Of a stretch of DNA of 33,846 nucleotides, positions 26,117 to 33,846 are shown piece after piece (within the stretch, counting starts at the first letter, position 1; each line of letters starts with the position of its first letter). Below the pieces are notes generated by a model. It made no database searches, was not told the origin of the DNA, and saw only the letters and a list, made by a program, of their open reading frames with translations. Source of the stretch: an uncultured Chlamydiae bacterium (GTDB lineage Bacteria; Chlamydiota; Chlamydiia; Chlamydiales; Parachlamydiaceae). The translations under genes and the position numbers were made by a program. The stretch covers positions 1 to 33,846 of the forward strand of contig CAWHMU010000023.1 in the NCBI GenBank assembly GCA_963830365.1. The letters are read 5' to 3'.

Positions 26117-28201
26117 TTAGACGAGCAGCGCTTTGCGGCTGAGTTTAAGCTGTCCACGTTCGTTGATATCCAAGACTTTTACATTGACCAGATCGCCGAC
26201 TTTAGCAAAGTCGTTGAGGTTTTCGATACGCATGTTGTCGAATTCAGAGATGTGGCATAGCCCCTCTTTACCCGGCAGCACTTCGACAAAGGCGCCGAAC
26301 GGCATGATCGATGTGATCTTGCCCGCATAGGTGCGGCCGATTTCGATCTCGGCGGTCAGGCCGTTGATGATGGCTTTGGCTTTCTCGATCCCTTCAAGGT
26401 TTGCCGAAGCAATGCTGACCAGGCCTGAATCATCGATATCGATCTGGACGCCGGTGGCTTCGATGATGGCACGGATCTGCTTGCCGCCAGGTCCGATGAC
26501 GCTTGCGATTTTGCTTGGCTTAATCTGGATGTTTTCAATGCGCGGCGCATAGATGGACATCTCTTCGCGGTGCTTAGGCACGATGGCCAGCATCTTTTCC
26601 AGGATGTGCAAACGGCCGGCTTTGGCTTGGGTCAAGGCGTCACGCATGATCTCCAGCGTAATCCCTTCGACTTTGATGTCCATTTGGAACGCCGTGATGC
26701 CCTCTTTATCGCCGGTGACTTTGAAGTCCATATCGCCGAGCGCATCTTCGATGCCCAGGATATCGGACAAAATGGTGTAGCCGTCTTTTTCCAGTACCAA
26801 GCCCATAGCGATACCAGCTACCGGACGTTTGATCGGCACGCCGGCATCCATCATCGCCAGGCAGCCGCCGCAGACGGTGGCCATCGATGATGAACCGTTG
26901 GATTCGGTGATATTGGATTCGATACGGATGACGTAAGGGAATTCCTGCTTCGTCGGCAGCGTAGCTCTTAAAGCGCGCTCGGCGAGCTTGCCGTGGCCGA
27001 CTTCTCTGCGTCCTGGACCGCCCATGCGTCCGACTTCACCGACGGAGAATGGGGGGAAGAAGTACTGCAGGTAGAAGCGGTGGCTGCTTTCGCCATGCAG
27101 ATCTTCGAAGCGCTGGGCCATGTTTTCGCCGCCGAGGGTGCAGATAGCCACGGATTGCGTTTCGCCGCGCGTAAATAGGGCGCTGCCGTGGGTGCGGGGG
27201 AGGAAACTTTGCACCACATCGATCGGGCGGATCTGGGTGGAGTTTCTGCCATCGGGACGGAGATTTTCCTTAACGATGATGCGGCGCATATGTTTGGAAG
27301 AAATCTGTTTTAGCGCTGCGGCGATATCGGCCGGCTTGTATTTCGCATCTTGTCCTTCAGGCGCGAGGGCGGTATTGACGGCCTCTTTGACGCTGCCGAG
27401 GGCGGTTTCGCGCTTTTGCTTTTCTTTGATACGCAGGGCCGGGTCGAGCAGTGGCGCGGCAGTCTTTTCGACTTCATCGAGCAGTGCCGGCGCAAGCGTG
27501 CGCAAAGTGGCGCGGTGCTTAGGCTTGCCGATTTGTTTTTGCCAGGCGTCGATCGCCAGGCAGATCTTGTTGATGGCTTCATGGCCTTGCGCGATCGCTT
27601 CGATGATCTGCTCTTCGGTAAGAAAGTCGCAATAGCCTTCGATCATCAAAACGGCATCATGCGAGCCGGCAATCAGCAGGTCGAGTTTTGAGGTCTTTTG
27701 CTGTTCGGCAGTGGGGTTGATGATGAATTTGCCTTCCAACAGGCCGACTCTTACGGCGCCGATCGGCTTGATGAGCGGGATGTCTGATATCGCCAGGGCT
27801 GCAGAAACGCCGCAGATGGCCAATGGTTCCGGAGAGTTGGCGCCATCATAGGACCAGACGTATGAAAGGACTTGTACTTCGTTATAATAGCCTTCTTCGA
27901 ACATCGGGCGCAGCGGGCGATCGATCAGCCGTGATACGAGGATTTCTTTTTCGGTTGGACGTCCTTGGCGCTTAATGAAGCCGCTTAAGGTTTTGCCGAT
28001 GGCGGAAAAATTTTCTTGGTAGTCGACGCGCAGTGGGAAGAAATCTGCCGCTTCGGCCGCTTCGGGTGCCGCGCAGGCGGTGCATAGCAGCATGGTTTCG
28101 CCGCTGCGCACGATGATGGCTCCATTGGCTTGGCGGGCCACTTGGCCGGTTTCGAAGCTGATGTCTTGTCCGCCGACATTAATGGTAATCGTATGTTTCA
28201 T
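26117..28201 (-). CDS. pnp: Polyribonucleotide nucleotidyltransferase
   Basis: Motifs FFPLRVDY, RLIDRPLRP, HGSALFTRGETQ, SNGSSSMA and GDMDFKV, with KH and S1 domains. Start ATG 28201 follows RBS AGGAG. Confidence 0.98.
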   Translation of the reverse strand: MKHTITINVGGQDISFETGQVARQANGAIIVRSGETMLLCTACAAPEAAEAADFFPLRVDYQENFSAIGKTLSGFIKRQGRPTEKEILVSRLIDRPLRPMFEEGYYNEVQVLSYVWSYDGANSPEPLAICGVSAALAISDIPLIKPIGAVRVGLLEGKFIINPTAEQQKTSKLDLLIAGSHDAVLMIEGYCDFLTEEQIIEAIAQGHEAINKICLAIDAWQKQIGKPKHRATLRTLAPALLDEVEKTAAPLLDPALRIKEKQKRETALGSVKEAVNTALAPEGQDAKYKPADIAAALKQISSKHMRRIIVKENLRPDGRNSTQIRPIDVVQSFLPRTHGSALFTRGETQSVAICTLGGENMAQRFEDLHGESSHRFYLQYFFPPFSVGEVGRMGGPGRREVGHGKLAERALRATLPTKQEFPYVIRIESNITESNGSSSMATVCGGCLAMMDAGVPIKRPVAGIAMGLVLEKDGYTILSDILGIEDALGDMDFKVTGDKEGITAFQMDIKVEGITLEIMRDALTQAKAGRLHILEKMLAIVPKHREEMSIYAPRIENIQIKPSKIASVIGPGGKQIRAIIEATGVQIDIDDSGLVSIASANLEGIEKAKAIINGLTAEIEIGRTYAGKITSIMPFGAFVEVLPGKEGLCHISEFDNMRIENLNDFAKVGDLVNVKVLDINERGQLKLSRKALLV

Positions 28202-28430
28202 ATATAAATTGACTCCTAAATTGTTGTAGGCTAGGGGGTTGCAGCCGTCGGCCGCTTTATGCCTGCGGCGCTTGTATGCCTTGGGCTGACCTATGCCTTG
28301 CGCGGGTTGATGCGCTATGATGAATTTATGGGTTTTATAGGAGGGTAAATAGAATTCAGAAAACACGCTTCAATAGACTTAAAGGGGGTTTTCTGATTTC
28401 TATCACACCTCGTCTTCGTTATAAACAACA

Positions 28431-28458
28431 AAGGCAGCTCTATCGAGAGCTGCCTTTG
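28431..28458 (-). terminator. Intrinsic terminator after rpsO
   Basis: Hairpin AAAGGCAGCTCT-ATCG-AGAGCTGCCTTT with a T-rich tail on the minus strand. Confidence 0.75.
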
Positions 28459-28482
28459 CCTTATTTCTTGCTTGCTTCAATA

Positions 28483-28752
28483 CTATCGACGCAGCTTAAG
28501 CTTCGTGATAAGCGATTGATAGCGACTAGTGTCTGTCGAGTTTAGATAATCGAGCAGACGGCGCCGTTGACCAACTAGCTTCAAAAGAGATAGTCTCGAG
28601 CCGTGGTCTTTTGGAGCACGTTTTAGATGCTCCGTAAGTTCCGCGATGCGCTCTGTCAGGATGGCGATTTGAACGTCAGCAGATCCCGTGTCTTTCTCGT
28701 GAAGCTGGAACTTTTTAGTGATTTCTTCTTTGGTGCCTTTATCTAGAGACAT
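28483..28752 (-). CDS. rpsO: 30S ribosomal protein S15
   Basis: [13 protein letters not shown]...[12 protein letters not shown]...RRRLLDYL; lies upstream of pnp. Confidence 0.98.
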   Translation of the reverse strand: MSLDKGTKEEITKKFQLHEKDTGSADVQIAILTERIAELTEHLKRAPKDHGSRLSLLKLVGQRRRLLDYLNSTDTSRYQSLITKLKLRR

Positions 28753-28826
28753 TCCACGTATCCCCCGTATTTATGTTGCCTGGAGAGGCTGTGTTTTATC
28801 TATAATTACTTCAAATGTATTGTTCT

Positions 28827-28855
28827 ATTGTAGCATGCTGGAAATTATAAATCAA
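28827..28855 (-). promoter_or_regulatory. Putative rpsO promoter
   Basis: TTGATT-17 nt-TACAAT with a TGC extended -10. Confidence 0.65.
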
Positions 28856-29040
28856 GGGTAAACACAAAGTATGCCGTCAGAAGGCCAAATATTGCCAGTT
28901 GCCGGCCGCCGAAAATTTTGGAATGTGGTCCCTGGCATATTTCAAGCCTTAATACGGCCTGGCAGCAAAAAAAGCGCCCGCCGCCGCTCAGCCAAAAAGA
29001 ATGGAGGGTTATCCAGCAATTGCACCTATCCTATTCTCTT

Positions 29041-29295
29041 TCAGACTTTTGTGTCCAGAATGATTTCGATGATATCCGGAAAGTTCCCGTACGGGTCGCG
29101 CCGTACAGCCATTTTAAATGGAATGGTCACGCGCCCAAGGTGTTTTTCCATCTGCAGTTCATCCCACACCCTTTTTTTTAATTCTTCGCTAACGGGTTCT
29201 GCTTGGTATTTCTGCAACAGCTTTTTGATATATTCTTCTTCCTTGCGGCGGATGATGGCTTGTCCGTAGAAAGGATGTGCGTGCGCGTGTGTCAT
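29041..29295 (-). CDS. Small hypothetical protein
   Basis: RBS GGAGAG; charged, protein-like composition (KKRVWDELQMEK...IEIILDTKV). Confidence 0.65.
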   Translation of the reverse strand: MTHAHAHPFYGQAIIRRKEEEYIKKLLQKYQAEPVSEELKKRVWDELQMEKHLGRVTIPFKMAVRRDPYGNFPDIIEIILDTKV

Positions 29296-29369
29296 TATCA
29301 ACTCTCCCTTGCATTTTCCTATGCGGCTTGGTAAAGTTTTAACATGATATCAACCTCATAGGACAATTT

Positions 29370-30044
29370 ATGCTAAAAGATGCCACATATAAAGACAAGT
29401 TTGCCAGACTTTCACAATGGCTGCCAGTGATTTTGGAAGCTATTAAAAAAGATCTAAGGACCGAGCACTTGATGAAGGATCCCGTGTTTGTGCGCCAATA
29501 TTTTGCCGGCAAAAATCCGAGCAAGCTATCGATAGATGAGCTGGCTAAGGGTTACAGCCAGCATTTGGCTAACGGGGAGAATGCTGAGGATTTGGGAGAG
29601 TTTATCTCTAACCGCTGGCTGTTGAAACACACCGAGCTGTATCAATATTTCGAGCAGGAACTTTCTAAAATAAACCCCAATTTCCATGAGCTTGACGTGC
29701 TGGATCATAAAACGGCCACGCCACTGATGGAAGGTGCTGTGGCGCAGTTTGGCGCGCCCAACACCTATATGTTCTGTATCTTAAACTCTGTCGTTTTCCC
29801 TGATGACATCTATAAGGCGCTCAAGCAGCGCGCCGAAGAAGTCGTGCATAAGGCGCACACCGAAAGCCAAGCCCGGCAAGAGCTGCAATCTTTGGAAGCT
29901 ATGCAAAGAAACTACGAGCAGCAGCTGGCGCGCCAGGCAGATAAATATGAGAAGAAGCTCTTAGGTCTGCAGAAGAAATATGTCATCGATACCGAGAGTT
30001 TGAAAAAGCAAGTATCCACCCTGCAGCGCAAGCTCAATACATAA
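29370..30044 (+). CDS. Conserved hypothetical chlamydial protein with a C-terminal coiled coil
   Basis: 224-aa ORF with RBS AGGA; first gene of an apparent operon with tadA. Confidence 0.75.
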   Translation: MLKDATYKDKFARLSQWLPVILEAIKKDLRTEHLMKDPVFVRQYFAGKNPSKLSIDELAKGYSQHLANGENAEDLGEFISNRWLLKHTELYQYFEQELSKINPNFHELDVLDHKTATPLMEGAVAQFGAPNTYMFCILNSVVFPDDIYKALKQRAEEVVHKAHTESQARQELQSLEAMQRNYEQQLARQADKYEKKLLGLQKKYVIDTESLKKQVSTLQRKLNT

Positions 30045-30057
30045 CTAAGGTAGTCGC

Positions 30058-30564
30058 ATGCCCCCATTCCCATTCACCCTGGCGCCGCAAAATGATGACG
30101 AACGTTTCATGCTTGAAGCGCTAAAAGAGGCATGGAAAGCTTTCCAGCGGGATGAAGTGCCTGTAGGAGCGGTGCTGGTGCATCAGGGGCGTGTGATTGC
30201 CAGGGGCCACAACCAGGTCGAAATGCTGCATGATGCCACGGCCCATGCCGAAATGCTTTGCATTACGGCCGGGGAAGTGGCCCTTGAGAATTGGCGACTT
30301 TCCGGCACTACGCTCTATGCGACAATAGAACCTTGCAGCATGTGCGCCGGTGCTATGCTGCTGTCGCGCGTGTCGACGCTTGTGTGGGGGGCGCCAGACC
30401 TTAGGCATGGCGCTAATGGCAGCTGGGTGGATCTTTTTGCCAAGCCCCATCCCACCCATGCCGTCGCCATCCGCAGCGGCGTGCTCGGCGAGCTGTGCGC
30501 GGCATTGATGCGTGATTTCTTTCTGAAACGGCGCGAAGAAAACAGGGCGAAAAATGACGCATGA
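30058..30564 (+). CDS. tadA: tRNA adenosine(34) deaminase
   Basis: Motifs EVPVGAV, HN, DATAHAE and EPCSMCAGA. Confidence 0.93.
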   Translation: MPPFPFTLAPQNDDERFMLEALKEAWKAFQRDEVPVGAVLVHQGRVIARGHNQVEMLHDATAHAEMLCITAGEVALENWRLSGTTLYATIEPCSMCAGAMLLSRVSTLVWGAPDLRHGANGSWVDLFAKPHPTHAVAIRSGVLGELCAALMRDFFLKRREENRAKNDA

Positions 30565-30799
30565 AGCTTTAGAGGGCAAAGTGTTTGCCGGCACGCTGGA
30601 TGAGATGGTTGAAAGGCAGAAGAAAACCCTGCTGTTTTTAGGCCGCCGGATCGTGCCGACGTTGACGCCAGAGGATATGCTGCAGCCCAACGACTACCCC
30701 GAGCTGGAAAATCACCCCGCCTTCCGCTATGAGGAAGGTGTTTTGGCTGGTTTGCAGACGGCGCAGATGGCCTTGCGCGCGCTGCGCTGCGCTGTCTAA
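30554..30799 (+). CDS. Small conserved hypothetical protein (CT845-like)
   Basis: Overlaps the tadA stop codon; motif LTPEDMLQPNDYPELE.HP.FRYEEGVL. Confidence 0.7.
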   Translation: MTHEALEGKVFAGTLDEMVERQKKTLLFLGRRIVPTLTPEDMLQPNDYPELENHPAFRYEEGVLAGLQTAQMALRALRCAV

Positions 30800-30805
30800 A
30801 GGTCT

Positions 30806-31215
30806 TCACCACAGAGACACCGAGAATCAAACAACTTAAATGAATTCCCTTAAAATGGTTGTTTTGTAGCTTGCTGCGTCGTTGCGTCTCTGCGTTGAAA
30901 TGCATTAACAGGCTATCCAAAGGTGCATTGGTTCAAATTCTTTGCAATGTTACGTCTGAGAAATCTTAACGCAGAGACACAGAGAAGCAAATAACTTCTA
31001 TGTACTCCTTTGAAATGGTTATTTTGTAGCTTGCTGCGTCGTTGCGTCTCTGCGTCGAAATGCATTAACAAGCTATCCAAAGGTGCATTGATGCAAATTC
31101 TTTGCAATCTTATGTCCGAGAAACCTTAACGCAGAGACGCAGGGAAGGCTGTTAAGGCTCTGTAGCTGTGATTGAAGCCTGCCATCTTCTCTGTGTCTCG
31201 GTGTCTCTGTGGTGA
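30806..31215. repeat. 160-bp tandem repeat (2 units plus a partial) enclosed by 20-bp inverted repeats
   Basis: Units start at 30811, 30971 and 31131. TCACCACAGAGACACCGAGA (30806-30825) is inverted at 31196-31215. Confidence 0.88.
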
Positions 31216-31264
31216 CATGCTTTCCTTTGCGCCGCTTGACTGTTCTTTTGCATCGAATGTAGCT

Positions 31265-32014
31265 TTAAGGATTATGCTGCAGATGGGTATGTCTGAAGCT
31301 ACGCGTCAGCACCATCAGCTTTTCATTGAGCTCTTCGATCGCCTGATTGAATAGGGCTTCTTTTTCACCGCTATCTAGCGTGTGGGCGGTTGAGATGCGG
31401 TGGATCAGATGCAGCGCTTCGTCTTTTTTATCGTTGATCTTGTCTACGATTTCATCATACGTCTGCTTGAGAGTCAGCGTCTGGCGGCGGTGCGGACCGA
31501 AGAAAGCAAAGAAGCGTTTTAGTCCGAGACGCATGCGTTTGCGCGTATAGACCGCGGCTAAAAGGGTTTTGGCTTTGCGCACGCATTGCATGACGGCTTC
31601 CCGCTCACTGCGCAAACTAAGTGCCATGACGAACGAACATACTGATAAAAGCATGCATAGGGTGACGATGCCGCTTTTTATTACATAGCAGGAGTTGGCG
31701 AAGAAACCGCAGCCAATGGCGGATGTCAGTGCCAAAGCTCCCACGCCTAGGCTTAGGAATATAATCGCAAAGGCAAAGAAGATCAGTTTATACCATCTGA
31801 CGCTGATTTTACTGTAGGTATACGGCTGGTGGTAAAGGCAGGCTTTGCTTTGCTCAATCTGCTGCCTGAAGATGTCGAGTTCGTCATAGCGCTGGCGGGT
31901 AAAGGACAATTTGGCAGAGAAGACATGTTTCGGTACTTTCGGCGTATCCGGATGCATCGGCGAGGAATTAATGGCGAAGGATTGAAAGGCGGAAGTTTGT
32001 GCGAAATTTGTCAT
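31265..32014 (-). CDS. Hypothetical protein with a bilobed hydrophobic domain (Inc-like)
   Basis: Two adjacent hydrophobic segments (LIFFAFAIIFLSLGVGALAL and GIVTLCMLLSVCSFVMAL), followed by a helical charged C-terminus. Confidence 0.7.
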   Translation of the reverse strand: MTNFAQTSAFQSFAINSSPMHPDTPKVPKHVFSAKLSFTRQRYDELDIFRQQIEQSKACLYHQPYTYSKISVRWYKLIFFAFAIIFLSLGVGALALTSAIGCGFFANSCYVIKSGIVTLCMLLSVCSFVMALSLRSEREAVMQCVRKAKTLLAAVYTRKRMRLGLKRFFAFFGPHRRQTLTLKQTYDEIVDKINDKKDEALHLIHRISTAHTLDSGEKEALFNQAIEELNEKLMVLTRSFRHTHLQHNP

Positions 32015-32046
32015 GTTAACCCTTGTTGTGTTAATTAAGTAGGTTT

Positions 32047-32075
32047 ATTTTATAACAAAATAGTTTAAATGTCAA
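32047..32075 (-). promoter_or_regulatory. Near-consensus sigma70/sigma66 promoter for 31265-32014
   Basis: TTGACA-17 nt-TAAAAT, about 30 nt upstream of the start codon. Confidence 0.7.
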
Positions 32076-32465
32076 ATGTTAATTGGTTCTTGTTGAATGG
32101 TTGTTTTGTGTTTGATAAAAAAATGGAAAAGAGGAACTAGATCCCTGGTTAATTTTGGTTACCGGGAGTCCCGCACCGGTGACTTGTCTGCGCTTCGCTC
32201 GCGAGTCTTGGTGTGGGCTGCAAAATAAGAGAAAAGGGGTAAATAATAAGAGAAAAGGGGTAAATATCAGGGCGATTTCATGAAAAAGATTTGATGGACA
32301 AAGCAGAAAAAGTAAAATCCTGTTATATCGCGCGAGGCATATTTCTCCTGATTTTTTTATGAGAATACCGTTGGGCGAATTGTCAAATATTTTTGATGAA
32401 ATTGCCATGGGGCAAAAATGAATGTGTTTTTTGCCTTAATTGACGAGCCTTAGTTCCTTTGGCAT

Positions 32466-33410
32466 TTATCTTTTGTTTTTATCTTTAAGCTTGCGCTCGG
32501 AGATCTGCTGCAGGCGGCGGCGTTCGCTCCAGGAGAGGGCGCTTTCGCCGTGTGTGGAGATTTTAGCGAGCATGACATCGACAAAGGCGTTGTCGCTTTC
32601 GGTTGTCTGGCCGGTCTCGATATCAATGATAGAGGCTTTGGCAGCATTGTTGGCGGCTTTGTTGCCTTTTTTGCTTCTGCCTGGCAGGTAGCTGCCATAG
32701 CGCATATCCAGCGTAGTCAGCCAATGGTCAAGGCGCTGCATGCGGGGAAAAGGGCTGCGCCATCCCCAGGCGATGGCGGCATAGGCATAGCCGAACAGGA
32801 TGGCAGATAAATACAGGGCTAGATCTGCCAGGTCCCACTGGGAAAAGGTGGTCAGTGTTAAGACTGCGATGATGCCGGCCACAAGCCACTTGACTTTGAC
32901 AGGGATTAAAAAGAAGAGGCGCACTTCGGCTTCGGCAAAAGCCATGCTCCAGGCCGTGAGCAGTGCCAGGAGGGCGGCGCTGTTGCCGGCCAGCAGGCTG
33001 TAGTTGCCGCTGAGTTTCATCACTGGCAAGGCGATCAAGCCGGCTACGCTGCCGCCGATGAAATAAAGGCGCAGGAAAGGGGCCGTGCCGACGAGGCCGA
33101 TGAGGGCTGTGCCCAGCACCCATAGCATGTACATGTTAAAGCTAAGCGACAACAGATAGAAGAAGGTGATGCCAGCCGTGGAAGAGGCCTGGATGAAAAG
33201 ATAAGTCAGCGGCTGCCACACGTAGCCGCGACTGAGGCCTTGCCACGACAAACTCAGCAGCTCCTGGGGGCCCGGCGCCAGGCCGAATTGGTTGAAGATG
33301 GTTTGGATGGCGGCAGACAGCAGCGTTGCGATCGCCGTGAAAATAATCAACCGCCTGATCGTCGTCGGTGTCACTACTGGTCCCCAGTTTGATAATGTCG
33401 TGTAGCTCAT
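32466..33410 (-). CDS. Rhomboid-superfamily intramembrane protein, probably lacking the catalytic His
   Basis: Motifs VWQPLTYLF, FNMYMLWVLG, LAGNSAA and LFFLIPVKVKW, with a C-terminal VDVMLAKISTHGESALS helical domain. Confidence 0.8.
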   Translation of the reverse strand: MSYTTLSNWGPVVTPTTIRRLIIFTAIATLLSAAIQTIFNQFGLAPGPQELLSLSWQGLSRGYVWQPLTYLFIQASSTAGITFFYLLSLSFNMYMLWVLGTALIGLVGTAPFLRLYFIGGSVAGLIALPVMKLSGNYSLLAGNSAALLALLTAWSMAFAEAEVRLFFLIPVKVKWLVAGIIAVLTLTTFSQWDLADLALYLSAILFGYAYAAIAWGWRSPFPRMQRLDHWLTTLDMRYGSYLPGRSKKGNKAANNAAKASIIDIETGQTTESDNAFVDVMLAKISTHGESALSWSERRRLQQISERKLKDKNKR

Positions 33411-33616
33411 CAGACCCTCTTATTCTTTTCGCTGAATTTTCATAGTTATAAAGCAAGCTGATAAAAATCTCGAGTAAAAGTGCTTGTTTTTTAAGGCAAA
33501 AGTGCATATCCTTGCTTCTTGATCTATAAGAATTAATCAGGCAGAGGCTGTCATTATCTGCTGCGTCGTGCGCAAGAGAGCCTTTTTCTATGTTGGAATT
33601 ACAGTTGGAGCAAACC

Positions 33617-33846
33617 ATGAAAAAAAATATTCATCCAAAATATCAGCAAGTTTTATTTGTTGATTCGTCAACCGGACATAAATTTGTCTGTGGTTCGACG
33701 TTGCAATCACAAACGACAGAAAAGTTTAATGGCGTCGAATACCCAGTGTGTAGAGTGGCTGTTTCTTCAGCTTCCCACCCTTTCTTCACCGGAAGCAAGC
33801 AGCTGGTCGATGCCGAAGGCCGTGTCGATAAGTTTAAGAAGCGTTA
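33617..33846 (+). CDS. rpmE: 50S ribosomal protein L31 type B (truncated by the window end)
   Basis: My translation, not in the ORF track: [20 protein letters not shown]...[34 protein letters not shown]. Confidence 0.95.
   Translation, partial: MKKNIHPKYQQVLFVDSSTGHKFVCGSTLQSQTTEKFNGVEYPVCRVAVSSASHPFFTGSKQLVDAEGRVDKFKKR

Noticed and set aside
28202..28366. 55-aa N-terminal extension of PNPase
   Set aside because: Homology begins at MKHTIT, and ATG 28201 has a good RBS.
30811..31150. Possible CRISPR array
   Set aside because: Whole 160-bp units are duplicated with no unique spacers, and there are no cas genes.
32079..32440. 109-aa ORF or an ncRNA in the spacer, including the duplicated AATAAGAGAAAAGGGGTAAAT
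   Set aside because: No recognisable protein or RNA motif; the short duplication alone is not informative.

Overview
This window looks like chromosomal DNA from an environmental Chlamydiae bacterium (Parachlamydia-like), inferred from gene content and order. The core genes are a CT253-type lipoprotein, a CAAX protease, a PP2C phosphatase, a cysteine desulfurase, two CBS/hemolysin proteins, dcd, pnp-rpsO, tadA and a type-B L31, plus SRP RNA and tRNA-Leu(TAG). The window starts exactly at the end of a complete IS3-family element. The accessory content has three parts. (1) Two tandem genes share an ungapped 76-aa hydrophobic N-terminal module (32/76 identical by hand alignment), fused in one to a PI3/PI4-kinase-like domain and in the other to a GT34-like glycosyltransferase; these are candidate modular inclusion-membrane effectors. 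(2) There is a pair of Inc-like paralogues, one split by a frameshift in a C6 tract. (3) An IS200-like HUH transposase sits between 128-bp inverted repeats, with four 'empty' palindromes of the same architecture elsewhere in the window and several MITEs with intact target-site duplications that are nested or carry palindromic cargo. All calls come from reading motifs by eye; no database searches were run.
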